DNA of 60,979 bases from Chiloscyllium plagiosum. Lineage: Eukaryota. The notes under the pieces were generated by a model. It was not told where the DNA came from. It worked only from the letters and a program-made list of their open reading frames with translations, and did not search any database. A program made the position numbers and the translations under genes. Of the stretch, positions 34,925-48,159 are shown piece after piece (position 1 is the first letter of the stretch; each line of letters begins with the position of its first letter). The stretch lies in NCBI RefSeq assembly GCF_004010195.1, contig NC_057754.1:9111728-9172706 (forward strand), given 5' to 3'.

Positions 34925-36822
34925 ATGAGGCTATCAAATTGAAAGAGAAGGCATACAAAGTCACCAAGAACAGCATGAAGCTAGAACATTGGGAAAACTT
35001 TAAAGGTCAACAGAAAGCCACAAAACACACTATAAAGAAATGTAAGATGGAACATGAGAAAAAACTAGCACAGAATATAAAAGATAGATAGCAAAAGCTT
35101 CTATAAATATATAAAATCAAAAAGAGTGGCCAAAGTAAACATTGGTCCTTTAGAGGATGAGAAGGGACATTTAATTATGGGATATGATGAAATGGCCGAG
35201 ACACTGAACAGGTATTTTGTATCAATCTTCACAGCGGAGGACACTAATAACATGCCAGTAAGGAAACAATTATTACGGAAGAGGTAGTGTTGGGCAAGCT
35301 AATGGAACTAAGTCTCCTGGCCCTGATGGAATGCATCCCAGGGTACTTAAAGAAATGGCGGGAGAAATAGCAAGTGCACTGGTGGTAACTTTCCAAAATT
35401 TGCTGGACCCTGCGGGAGTCCCAGCAGCTTGGAAAACGGCAAATGTGACACCACTGTTTAAAAAGGGGGGGTAGAAAAAAAGATGGGGAATTATAGGCCG
35501 GTTAGCTTAATCTCCGTAGTGGGGAAGATGCTTGAGTCTATTATCAAGGAAGAAATAGCAGGGCATCTCAACAGACATTGTCCCATTGGGCAGATGCAGC
35601 ATGGATTCATGAAAGGCAGGTCATGCGGAACAAATCTTTTGGAATAGTATGAAGACATTACAAGCAAGGTGAACAACAGGGACCCAGTGGAAGTGGTGTA
35701 CCTAGACTTCCAAAAGGCCTTTGACAAGGTGCCACACAAGACACTGCTGCGTAAGCTAAGAATGTATGGCATTATGGGTAAAGTATTAGCATGGATAGAG
35801 GATTGATTGATTTAACAGGAAGCAAAGAATGTGGATAAATGAGTGCTATTCTGGCTGGAAATCAATAACTAGTGGTATGCCTCAGGGATCAGTGTTGGAC
35901 CGCAATTATTCACAATTTATATAAATGATTTGGAGTTGGGGACCACGTGTACTGTGTCAAAGTTTGTGGATGACACTCAAGATGAGTGGTAGAGCAAAGT
36001 GTGCAGAGGACTGTGAAACTTTGCAGAGGAACATAGACACTTTAAGTGAGTGGGCAAAGGTCTGGCAGATGGAATACAATGTTAATAAATGTGAAGTCAT
36101 CCATTTTGATAGGAGTAACAGTAAAAAGGATTATTACTTGAATGGTAAGAAATTGCAGCAATTGTGCATGAATCACAGGTGCCATCGGTAATTAAGATAA
36201 ATAGAATTTTCTCCTTCATTGCTCAAGGGGATGGAGTTTAAAAGCAGGGAGGTTATGTTGCAGCTGTACAGGGTGCTGGTGAGGGCACACCTGGAATACT
36301 GCGTGTAATGTTGGTCTCCTGACTTGAGAAAGAATGTCCTGGCATGAGAGGGGCGTTCACGAGGTTGATGCCGGAATTGAGGGGGTTGGCTTATGAGGAC
36401 AGAATGAGTGGACAGGGATTATATTTATTAGAATTTAGAAGAATGAGAGGGGATCTGATAGAAACATGTAAAATTATGAAGGGAATAGATAAGATAGAAG
36501 TTTCCACTGGCAGGTGAAACTAGGACATGAGGGTATAGCCTCAAGATTAGAGGGAGCAGATTGAAGACTGCATTGAGAAGGAACTTCTTCACCCAGAGGG
36601 TTGTAAATCTACGGAATTCCCTGCCCAGTGAAGTAGTTGACGTACTTCAGTAAATGTTTTTAAAGCTAAGATAGATTTTTTTTAAACAACAAAGGAATTA
36701 AGGGATATGGTAAGAGCTGGGTAAGTGGAGCTGAGGCCCCGAAAAGATCAGCCATGATCTTATTGAATGGAGGAGCAGGTTCAAAGGGCCAGATAGCCTA
36801 CTCCTGCTCCTGGTTCTTATAT
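34925..36822 (+). mobile_element. CR1 LINE ORF2 3' half, present in the second duplication unit only
   Basis: YLDFQKAFDKVPH and PQGSVLGP motifs; interrupts sequence that is contiguous at ~24078. Confidence 0.85.
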
Positions 36823-37549
36823 TCTTATCCCCCTTCTTGAGGCTTTTCACAATGGATACTGTATTCAAGTAACATTTGCCAACTGCACTGTTAACTGCCA
36901 ATTCGTTAAATTTCTCAATACAGGGAATATAAAAGAATATTGATTTTTGATTCAATTTACTTTCTGTACCTATAATTAATTTTCCCCGGTTACGTCTGAA
37001 ACTGGTTTGAACCTTTTCCTTTTATGATATTTGGATCTATAATTAATTTGGAATCTACATCGAAAATTATTGATTAAACAACCAATTAGTGTGGGATGTT
37101 CTTAACTATGTCTTATGTGTCAACTGCAACTTGAGCTGCTATTGTTATCCAATGTGAAATGTTATTATCTAGGTCTTGTGTCTCAACAGTTACTGCTGAC
37201 CTTGAGCTTACGGAATTTCCCAAACACTCTACTGTTAGCCATGTTCTGCTTCATTAGTCATAGCAGCCCTAACACTTGCATAAAATTCCAGTAAGCCTTT
37301 TAGAAAATAATCCTATAGCCTCCACCTTTGTCATGTCGAGAATATTAAATCCCAGTGCAGGTGGTGGGATGTTTACCACCAGCAGGAATAAACCCTGACT
37401 GTCTAAATAAATCCAGTTCAGTCTGGTTGTGATTATCAGTTGGAGCAGCAGTATGCAAACCTCATGTGTCAAATGTGAACAAGCTGATGTTTCAGCAGGG
37501 TGGCTGAATTATTGAATCCCTTCTCACACACAAAACAGGTGAATGGTTT

Positions 37550-38251
37550 CTAACCCGTGTGAACGAGCTGATGCACTCTCAAGCGGTAGGAATGAGTAAA
37601 CCCCTTTCCACATTCAGGGCATTTAATAGGTTTCTCCTCCTTGTGAATCCACTGGTGCTCCATCAGGTTACTGTTCTGACTGAATCCCTTCCCACACTCT
37701 GAGCAGCTGAACGGCTTCTCCCTGGTGTGAATGCGTTGGTGTGCCTGCAGGTGGTACGACTGCTTAAACCTCTTTCCACAATCGGAGCACTTGAATGGTT
37801 TCTCATCGGTGTGAATGACCTCGTGCTTCCGCAGGCCAGCTGAATTTTTGAATCCCTTCCCACACACAAAGCAGTTGATTGGCCTCTCTTCACTGTGAAC
37901 TTGCTGGTGTCTCAGCAGGTTGGATGAAAAAGTGAAGTCTTTGTCGCACTTTGAGCACGTGAATGGTCTCTCCCCAGTGTGAACTCGCTGGTGCGCCGCA
38001 AGGCTGGATGGCCAAGTGAATCCCTTCCCACAGGTGGAGCAGGTATAAGGTCTCTCCTCCGAGTGACTGCGCCGATGAGAATCCAGGTTGGATAAAGAAT
38101 TGAATCGCTTCTCACAATCACCACAGGAATATCTCCCCATGTCGTGAATGCGTTTGTGCTTTGACAGAGCAGATGTTTGATTGAAGCCTTGTCCACATTC
38201 TGAGCACGTGTGCGATTTTTCCACATGGTGAGCGGTGCTTTCTTCCTGCAT
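37550..38251 (-). CDS. C2H2 zinc-finger protein, 8 fingers (ZNF gene 3)
   Basis: ORF MQEESTAHHVEKSHTC... with 8 C2H2 fingers. In-frame stop shortly upstream of the ATG. Candidate splice acceptor (ttctgatttcag on minus) at ~38335. Confidence 0.88.
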   Translation of the reverse strand: MQEESTAHHVEKSHTCSECGQGFNQTSALSKHKRIHDMGRYSCGDCEKRFNSLSNLDSHRRSHSEERPYTCSTCGKGFTWPSSLAAHQRVHTGERPFTCSKCDKDFTFSSNLLRHQQVHSEERPINCFVCGKGFKNSAGLRKHEVIHTDEKPFKCSDCGKRFKQSYHLQAHQRIHTREKPFSCSECGKGFSQNSNLMEHQWIHKEEKPIKCPECGKGFTHSYRLRVHQLVHTG

Positions 38252-39478
38252 ATTAAAAGGCCAATCTTATTCTGCTCCTGATGTGGTGTTTGGCTCAAGG
38301 GTTTATCGCCTGCAAACCTGTCCTTTATAATCTCCTGAAATCAGAATATACAAAAGTCATCACTATCAGTACCAGATAGAAATCCAAAAAAAGACAATTC
38401 CATTTTCTACAAATGTTTTGGTCTTTCTTTTCTCTCTTTAGGGTATGAAGGTCAGTCTCCAGGGGCCCAGGAGTATTATGAATTGCCCCCATCCCAGGTG
38501 AGGGTTTCAGGCTCAGGATTATGAGCTGCAGCTAATGGCAGTTCGTTCATCTTTAGTGGTGATGGCTGAGGAGTTGGAGCCCTGAGAAACAGGAACTTCT
38601 CACAGAGGATCCTTCAGGAAGACCACGTGTTTCCTTGCAACACACACTGGAAAGCATCAGGAAAGCATGAGGAACATGCAAGAGAGCAGAGGACTTGCCG
38701 TTGTGCAGATCATCGCTACTTTCTTTTCACCTCTTCAAAGCTGTAAATTGAAGTTTCTCTCTCTCTCTCTGACTGCCTTCAGTTTTTCACTCACTGGTTC
38801 CTACCTCTGTCTCTCCTGAAGGTACTGACTCTGACCGTATCTACTCTTACAATGACTGGATTCCTTGCTCAGGTCAGTGACAGTCTGAGAATTAATGGCG
38901 ACTTGTTCAGTACAGGGAACAGGGTCTGGGGACAAGGACAGGGCCAACATGGGGGCTGTGTTTCCTCTTCAAGCAATAGGTTAATCGTAAAGCAGAGTTT
39001 TTGAATTACTAGTTGAAACAAGCTGATGTTGGAGGCTTATCTAATAATGTTAATGACATGTCTGAACAGCATTATTACTTTAATCTTCAACCCTTTGTTA
39101 ACGAGATGAGCACTTTAAACTGTGGACTGAAATGGGAAAACAACTGTTCTTAAAAAAAAGGATTGTGGAAGGGATTGTTGCAGTTTTCTAAAAGCAAACT
39201 ATCAATACTTATTGTAAGTGCCATTGATGCTATTGTTTGTTCAATGAGTCGGGGAGTGTGCATTAGATGCAGGTGAGCTGGAGCCGGGTATGTGTATGAA
39301 GAGACATTCAGCTAGCAAAAAAAATAACTGATGGTTTTGCTGCGTGGTGATCAATGGTCAAAAAGTTCAAGAAAATTACAATTACCAGTAATACTGAGCA
39401 AATTGTTGGAACTGCAAGTTGACAAATCCCCAGGTCCTGATGGATTTAATCCATGGGCCTTAAGTAGCCAGTGAGATA

Positions 39479-39906
39479 CTGTATACTTGAGTCATAGTCA
39501 CATTTTTCTTACCATTTCTTAAGGTTAAATTTATGGGGTCGACTATTGCAAGCATGCTACTTTTGAGGGGCTGAAATTCATGCCCAGCAAAATTCATACC
39601 ATATCATGAGCAGAAGCCCAAATGATCTGTTAACGAATAAAGAGACTAAAAAACAAATGACGGTAATTCTGAAAACCCGTGGAGGAACACAATGGCCAGT
39701 GGACTGGAAAAACGTGAGTGGGGCGGAACAACCGGCAGACTGGAGCGGATGTGACAGCTGGCACACTGACTCATAAACGTTGATCTGTTATCTGTGAAGA
39801 ACAAGGGTCGCCTTTTACATGAGATGTATGGAAAATTCCAGGTTATTTGGCCAAAAATAGGGGGTCGACTTTTACATGAGATTGACTAATACTTGAGAAT
39901 ATACGG
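39479..39906. mobile_element. Non-autonomous Tc1/mariner (Tc2-like) DNA transposon remnant
   Basis: Imperfect TIRs ctgtatacttgagtcatagtc / gactaatacttgagaatatacgg after a TA, inserted in a CR1. Confidence 0.5.
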
Positions 39907-42900
39907 TCGTTAATGCAGTGGTTTTAATTTCCAAAGCTCATTAAATTCAAGAAAGGTTCCTTTCAAAAAGAGCGGGGGTTGGGGGGAGGGGGGGGGGGAG
40001 GGCAGCAGCAGAAAGCAGCAAATTACAAGCCACTTACCTTAACATCTTTCAGAGGGAAACATTAGAAGCTATTAAGAACATTATAACAAGGCACTTGGAT
40101 AAGTTTAAGGTAATCAAAGACAGCCAACCTGCTTTTCTCAAAGGGAAATCATATTTAACCGATTTGGGGCTGTTTTCCCTGGAACGGCGAAGGCTGAGGG
40201 GTGACCTTATAGAGGTTTACAAAATTATGAGGGGCATGGATAGGGTAAATAGACAAAGTCTTTTCCCTAGGGTTGGGGAGTCCAGAACTAGAGGGCATAG
40301 GTTTAGGGTGAGAGGGGAAAGATATAAAAGAGACCTACGGGACAACTTTTTCATACAGAGGGTGGTACGTGTATGGGATGAGCTGCCAGAGGATGTGGTG
40401 GAGTCTGGTACAATTGCAACATTTAAGTGACATTTGGATGGGTATATGAATAGGAAGGGTTTGGAGGGATATGGGCCTGGTGCTGGCAGGTGGGACTAGA
40501 TTGGACAGGTTGGACCGAAGGGTCTGTTTCCATGTTGTACATCTCTATGACACTATAACTGTAAATAAAGGGGAAACCAGTGATATTGTATTTGATAACA
40601 TGCCACTTCAAAGATTATTGCAGAAAATTAAAGCTCATGGTGTAAGGGGTAACATATTGGCATGGAATAGAAATCTGTCTAACAGGAAGTAGAGAGGAAT
40701 AAATGGGTCTTTTATAGGATGGCAGGATGTCATGAGTGGTGTGCCATAGGGTGCTGGTGCGTCAATTCTTTACAATATACATAAATAATTTGGACAAAGG
40801 GACTGAAGGTATGATAGCTAATTTTGCTGATGACACAAAGTTAGGTAAGAAAGTGAGTTGTGAAGAGGACATAAGGAGCCTGCAAGGTGGATATGGATAA
40901 GTACTAGAGGGCATATTTTTAAGCTGAGCAGAGAAAGATTGAAAAGGGGCAACGTTTTCACATAGAGGAATGAACCTCCAGAGGAAGTGGTAGATGTAGG
41001 CACAGTTACAACATTTAAAAGAGATTTCTACCGGTACATGAATTGGAAAGGTTTAGAGGGCAACAGAAGGTCATTGGGAACGTTGGTGCCAGCCACTTAG
41101 GTAGGGAAAGGGGTAAGGTTCTGCAGAGAGAATATCAGAAATTAGGCAGGAAGCAAAAAAAAAAGTCCTTGAGGGTAGTAATATCTGGACTACTACTGGT
41201 GCCATGAGCTACTGAGAATCAGAATAGAACAGACCAAATGAATGCGTGGCTGAGGAGCTAGTGCAGCAGCCAAGGATTCACATTTTCGGACCATTGGGAT
41301 CTCTTCAGGGTAGAACTGACCTGTATGAGAGGGATGGGTTCTACCTGAATTGGAAAGGGATCAATATCCTTGCAGGGACATTTGTCAAGGCTACTCAGGA
41401 GGCTTCAAACTAGTAAGGGGGGAAAATCAAAGCAATTGTGAGACTGGTAGAGTAGATAAAGGGAGAAAGTCAAGTAATCAAGACAGACGAGAGCTTTGCA
41501 GAAAATGAGGTAAGACTGATAAATTAAACTGCATTTACTTCAATGTAAGAGACCTAACAGATAAGACAGATGATTTCAGAATGGTTGGGAACATGGGACT
41601 GGGATACATAGGTATTACAGAAATGTGGGTTGGGGACGGGCAGGACTGACAGATTAATGTCCCAGAGTGTAGATGCTATTGGAAGGATAGAAAGGGAAGC
41701 AAGAAAGAAGGAGGAGTGGTGTTTTTGGTTTAGGATAACACTATGGCTGTACTTAGGGAGGATATTCCTGGGAGACTGACCACTGAAGTTATATAGGTGG
41801 AACTGAGAAATAAGAAAGGGATGATTCACCTTGTTGGGATTGTATTACCAGGCCCCTCCAATTGTCAGTGGGAAACTGAGAGGCAAATATCAAAGAAGAT
41901 CTCAGGTATCTGTACGAATAATAGGGTTGTAATAATAGGGGATTTTAAATCCAAACATCAACTAGGACTACCATGTTAGGGTGGAGAAGAATTTGTCAAG
42001 TGAGTACAAGTGCATACAATTTTAGAAAGGTGGCAATACTTGATCTTCTGTTGGGAATTAAGGCAGGGTAAGTGCCAATGGGAGTGCACTTGGAGGCCTA
42101 GTGATCATAATTCTGTTAGTTTTAAAATAGTTATGGCAAAGGATAGAACTTATCAAGATGTTAAGGTTCTGAATTGGAGTTTGGCCAATTTTGACTGTAT
42201 TAGACTGGAATTTTCAAAAATTGATTTGGTAGGCTATCCACATGTAAAAGGATGGTTGGGAAGTGGGAAGCCTTTAAAAATGAGAGTCCAGAGGCAGTAC
42301 GTTCCTATTAGTATGTAAGGAAAGGCTGCTAGGTGTAGGGAATACTAGATGACAAGAGAAATTGAGGCTGGATTTGGAGCTGGATGCACCCAGGATCAGC
42401 TGAAATGCTGAGCACTTCATCGATAAAGAGTTTTAATGAGGTGGTCACACCTAAGGTGCAAGCAGAGAGTAGCTGGGGTTTGGATACTGTTGGGGAGGGA
42501 TGTTCAGGGGAAAGCAGCAGTAGCCAGGTTGGTGGTGCTATGACTGGCTCTGGGGCATAGCGGGAAAGGGGAGGGATAAACAGGATCTTAGTGATAGGAA
42601 ACTCAATAGTTAGGGGGACAGATAGGAAATTCTATGGCCACAAATGGGAATTCACGATGGTGTGTTGTCTCCCAGGTGCCAGGGGCCAGGATGTCTCGGA
42701 GTGGCTGCAGAACATTCTCAAGAGGGAGGGTGAGCAGCCAGAAGTCATTGTTCACATTGGCACAAATAACATAGATAAAAACAGTGATGAGATCCTGCAG
42801 AGTGACTATAGAGAACTGGAAAAAAGTTAGAAACCAGGACTTGGTCAGTGGTAATTTCTGGATTACTTCTGGTGCCACAGGCTAGTGAGGGTAAGAACAA

Positions 42901-43028
42901 TAGGAAATGGCAGATGACTGCGTGGCTAAAGAATTGGTGGAGGCGGCAGGAATTCAGTTTTTAGATCATTGAGATCTTTTCTAGGGCAGAGGTGACCCAG
43001 TCGAGAGGGACAGATTACATCTGAACTG

Positions 43029-43619
43029 GATGAATTACTGGTGGCATGGCCCGCTTTCTACTTATGTGTTTAGGTTTACTTGGGTTGATGATCTCATTTC
43101 CTGTGGTGATGTCATTACCTGTTCTTTTTCTCAGGCGGTGGTAAATGGGATCCAAGTCAATGTGTTTGTTAATAGAGTTCCGTTTGGAATGCCATGCTTT
43201 GAGGAATTCTCGCACATGTCTCTGTTTGGCTTGTCCTAGGATGGCTGTGTTGTCCCAGTCGAAGTGGTGTCCTTCCTCGAAGTGGTGTTCTTCCTCATTG
43301 TATGTAAGGATATTAGTGAGGTTGGGTCATACCTTTTTGTGGCTAGTTGATGTTCATGCATCCTGGTGGCTAGTTTTCTGCCTGATTGTCCAATGTAGTG
43401 TTTGTTATAGTTCTTGCAAGCTATTTCGTAAATGATATTAGTTTTGTTTATTATCTGTATAGTGTCTTTCAAGTTAATTAGCTGCTGTTTTAGTGTGTTG
43501 GTGGGTTTGTGGGCTACCATGATGCCAAGGGGTCTGAGTAGTCTGGCAGTCATTCCAGCTCAGCAAGCAAACATAGATCCAGAGCCTCAACTTAAGCTAC
43601 AAATCTTCACAAAACCTGT
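43029..43619 (-). mobile_element. PLE (family B): GIY-YIG segment inverted relative to a short direct tail, inserted in CR1 ORF1
   Basis: Encodes NIIYEIACKNYNKHYIGQSGRKLATRMHEH. TSD ttacatctgaactg at 43015-43028/43620-43633. Confidence 0.85.
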
Positions 43620-44617
43620 TTACATCTGAACTGAACAAGGGCCAATATCTTGGCAGCTATGTTTGCTAGTGCTACAAGGGATTAGATTGGCGGGGGATGG
43701 GATTCTCAACAGCAGGGAGGCATGTGTGAGGCTGGAAGGAAATACAGTCATCAGAAATAGTAAAGTGAAGAGACAGGTCTGGCTGGAACACGACCAGGAG
43801 CAAGGAATGCCAATTGGATTAAATTGCATCTATTTCAAAACAAGAGGGCTGACAGGTAAGGCTGATGAACTCAGGGCATGGACAGGTATGTGAGACTGGG
43901 CTATTATAGCATTACAGAAACATGGCAGGACTGGCAGCTTAATGTACCAGGGTATAGGTGCTTTAGGCGGGACAGAGGTAGTAGAAAGAAGGGAGGGGGA
44001 GTTGCATTTTTGATCAAGGCAAATATCACAGCAGTAGTCAGAGATAAATAACTGAAGAATCATCCACTGAGGCTTTGTAGATAGAGCTAAGAAATAAGAA
44101 GGGGCTGGTGATGTTATTGGGGTTGTACTATAAGTCCCCAAAACATCCAAAAGGGAATTAGAGGAACAAATAGCAGGGAGACTGGGGAGACTTGCAGGAG
44201 CAATAGGGTATTCATAGTAGGGGTTTTTAATTTTCCTAACATAGACTGGGACTGCCAGGGCATCAAGGGCTTAGATGGGGTGGAATTTGTTAAGTGCGTT
44301 CAGGCATGTTTCCTCAAGTAGTATACAGACGGTCCTACTTGCGAAGGGGATAAACTTTGGGACCAGTGACCATAGTTCTATTAATTTTAAAATAGTTATG
44401 GAGAAGGACAAAACTGATCCACAGGTTCAGTTTCTAAATTGGGGCAAGGTGAATTTTGATGGAATTGGACAGAAGCTGGCAGGGGTGGATTGGACTAGTT
44501 TGCTTGCAAGTAAAGGGCCCTTTGGCAAGTGGGAAGTCTTTGTAAGTGAGATAGCTAGAGGTCAAGATCTATCGGTTCCTGTGAGGGTGAAAGGCAAGAT
44601 TGATGGAAATGGGGAAC

Positions 44618-46072
44618 TGTAGGGGTGACCTGTACCTGCTCACAACAAAATGGCCTATGCCTGCTCACACAAAATGGCCGACAAAAAGGATAACCCAGAA
44701 CAACATTAAAATACAAGATGGCTGAAAGGAGTTGAATAAGACTAACAGACCATCCCAGCCTTTAAGTAAAGAAAACAATGGTACCTTTGAACAAATTTAC
44801 TGCAAAGCCAGTAAAGGGGGACTATCCTAAACAATTATGATAAGAACATGCCTACAAATAAGCAAATATTCTCAGTTCGCTTATGAAAGAATTATTGTGC
44901 CACTAAACAGTAAATACCAGGTGCAAGATAGTAGCATGCTAAACTCTCTGAACAGTACCAGAACAACGATAGCTATTTCTTAGTAAACAGTTACTTCTTA
45001 ACTACTCTGCAATATTAAGCAATATTCAGCAACAAGTTAAAATTAAAACATTTTTACATATACGATTAAAAAAGTGGGAAATATAAGGGGCATAATTAAA
45101 TGGAATACAGTGAATAATAGAACTCAAGCTGTCCTGAAGAGATAAGCCAGCCTGTTAGAATGTTAGAATCCCTACAGTGTGGAAACAGGCCACTCGGCCC
45201 AACAAGTCCATACCGATCCTCCAAAGAGTAACCCACCCAAACCTATTATTCTGTATTTACTCCTGACTAATGCACCGAAACACTATGGGAAATTTAGATT
45301 AGATTAGATTAGATTACTTACGGTGTGGAAACAGGTCCTTCGGCCCAACAAGTCCACATCGACCCTCTGAAGAGCAAACCCATTCCCCTACATTTACTCC
45401 TTCACCTAACACTTTGGGCAATTTAGCATGACCAATTCACCTAAGCTGCACATCTTTGGATTGTGGGAGGAAACCGGAGCACCCGGAGGAAACCCACACA
45501 GACACGGGGAGAATGTGCAAACTCTACACAGACAGTCGCCCGAGGCTGAAATCGAACCTGGGTCCCTGGTGTTGTTAGGCAGCAGTGCTAACCACTGAGC
45601 CACCATGCCACCCTGAAACAGATCTAAGGGAGTATGGCCAGTGACTTTGGAATGCAAATGAACAAGATGCATCGAAAGATCCCAAAGTCTCGAGATTGTA
45701 ATGGCCGGTAAACACTACGAGGTCATGGGAAGCTGAGGCTGGTCAGATAGGTGTCTACCACTGATTAGGTGTTTAACACAGATTGGGTGTATGGATTAGG
45801 AGGAAAGGTCTGCAGTTACGTTTTATGTAATTCTTGTAATACAGAAATGTATAAAAATACTACTTTTTACTGTATGAGTTAGTGTCATTAATCTATCTTC
45901 TGACCTGAGCTAAAGATTAAGTGAATAATTGAGTTCATACGTCGAGGCCAGATTCAGGGAAGATCCTTTGGCCCTCTCCCTGCTTTAACTGGTTTCTGCA
46001 TGAATAAACTTCCACATGCCTGCATCCTGCTCCCCAAGTCTTCATTCCCTTTCAGGGAAAAACACTCCTACA
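44618..46072 (+). mobile_element. Solo LTR (~1 kb excluding the SINE)
   Basis: tgtagg...cctaca inverted termini, 5-bp TSD ggaac (44613-44617/46073-46077), TATAAAA at 45850, AATAAA at 46003. Confidence 0.8.
45156..45613 (-). mobile_element. HE1-type SINE(s) with duplicated 3' tail, inside a solo LTR
   Basis: Head at 45550-45613; (ttaga)n tail at ~45295-45315. Confidence 0.8.
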
Positions 46073-46673
46073 GGAACCCTGGATGACAATAAATATTGAG
46101 GGTTTGACCAGAAAAAAGGAGATATGGCTAAGGTACAGGCAGCTGGGATCAAGGGAATCCCTGTAGGGGATACAAGAATTTACTGAAGAAGGAAATCAGG
46201 AGGGTGAAAAAGGGGCTGAGAAGATTAGGGTGAATCCAAAGAGATTCTTTAAGTATATGAAAGGAAAAAGAATAACTAGAGAGAGTTAAGGATCGAAGTG
46301 GACATGTATGTGTAGAACCGCAGGAGATTGGTGAGGTCCTCAATAAATATTTCTCGTCTGTGTTTACTGTGGAGGAAGACATGAAGACTTGGGAAGTGGT
46401 GACATCATAGGGACAGTCCATAGCACAGTGGAGGTGGTGTTGGACGAATTGGAATGTATGAAGGTGTATAAATCTCCTGGTCCTGACCAGATATGTCCAA
46501 GACACTGGAGAAGAAATTGCAGGGGCTCTGGCTGATATTTTTGCATCATCGTTAGCCACCGGTGAGGCCCCAGAAGACTGGAGGGCACCAAATGTGGTGC
46601 CCTTATTCAAGGAGGGCTGCAAAGAAAAACCTGGGAACTATAGATCAGAAAGCCTCTTTGATGAAGTGGCCAG

Positions 46674-46828
46674 GATGTGGGAGAAAACCGGAGCACCCGG
46701 AGGAAACCCATGCAGACACGGGTAGAATGTGCAAACTCCACACAGACAGTCGCTCGAGGCTGGAATCGAACCTGGGACCCTGGTGCTATGGGTCAGCAGT
46801 GCTAACCACTGAGCCACTGTGCCACCCC
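46674..46828 (-). mobile_element. HE1-type SINE fragment
   Basis: Reverse-complement A/B boxes. Confidence 0.8.
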
Positions 46829-48159
46829 ACATGGTAGGCTGCTCTGGAAGGTTAGATTACATGGAATCCAGGGGGAGCTAGCAAAATGGATACAGAATTG
46901 GCTTGATGGTAGGAAGCAGAGGGTAATAGTGGAAGGATGCTTGTCGGACTGGAGGCCTGTGACTAGTGATGTACCTCAGGGGTCAGTGCTGGGCCCATTG
47001 CTGTTTGTTATCTATAGCAATGATTTGGATGCGAACGTACAAGGCATTTTGCAGATGACACTAAAATAGGAGGCAGTGGACAGTGAGGAAGGTTGTCAGA
47101 AATTGCAGCAGGACCTTGATCAGCTGGGGAAGTGGGCCAAGAAATGGAAAATGGAGTTGAATATAGATAAGCATGGGGTGTTGCATTTTGGAAAGTCAAA
47201 TCAAGGTAGGACTTTCATGGTGAATGGTAGGGCCTTAAGGAGTGTAGTGGATCTTGGAGTTCAGGTTCACAGTTCACTGGAAGTGGAGTCACAGGTAGAC
47301 AGGGCAGTGAAGAAGACTTTTGGTACACTGGCCTTCATCTGTCAGGGCACTGAGTATAGAAGTTGGGGAGTTATGTTGCAATTGTACAGGACATTGGTGA
47401 GGCTGCATTTTGCAGTATTGTCTTCAGTTTTGGTCACCTTGCTATAGGAAGGATGTTGTTAAATTGGAAAGAGTGCAGAAAAAATTTACAAACATGTTCC
47501 CATGACTCAATGGTCTGGGTTATAGGGAGAGGTTGGACAAGCTAGGACATTTTTTCTTTAGAGCTGAAGGGGGATCTTATAGAAGTGTATAATATCATGT
47601 GAGGCATAGATCGGGTGAATGCACTCAGTCTTTTCCCCAGGGTTGGGGAATCGAGGACTAGAGGGCATCAGTTTGAGGTGACAGGGGAAAGAATAAAAGG
47701 GAACCTGAGGGGCAACTTTTTTACACAGAGGGTGGTATGCACATGGAATGAGCTGCCAACGGAAGTGGTTGAGGCGGGTCCATTAACAACATTTAAAAGG
47801 CATCGGGACAAATACATGAATAGGAAAGGTTTAGAAGGGTATGGGCCAAGTGCAGGGAAATGGGGTTAGCGTGGATAGACATTTTGGTCAGCATGGACCA
47901 GTTTGGGCTGAAGGACCTGTATCCGTGCTGTAGGACTATGACTCTAATTTATTCATTTCTCTTTACCTGCCCTGCCTGCTGTTATTTCTTCTAGTTTCAG
48001 TGATAGATCTGACACCATGCATCAAAAACCAACCAATTCTATTTCATACTTCTGTCTGAGCTTTTAACATGGCTAAGAACAGACAAATCCTGTCCTTTCC
48101 TCTGATCTGATTGCATTTCAATTCTACAGAATGGATTGTCTTATTAGTGGTGCCATGAA

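Larger units (their letters stand above)
12776..37866. repeat. Tandem segmental duplication, two ~12.5 kb units (12776-25225 and 25226-37850)
   Basis: Paralogous blocks: 12776-14480/25226-26935; PLE+CR1 nest 14480-15525/26940-27500; CR1 with a shared small deletion ~16310-16680/29330-29710; 23444-24180/34288-34922 plus 36823-36930; 24335-25241/36930-37866. Confidence 0.85.
39220..47945 (+). mobile_element. Stack of nested CR1 LINEs (two ORF1 esterase regions, EN, RT and 3' ends)
   Basis: IGNSIVRGTDRKF...VHIGTNN (42591-42830), [15 protein letters not shown] and multiple 3' ends. Hosts a PLE, a solo LTR and SINEs. Confidence 0.85.
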
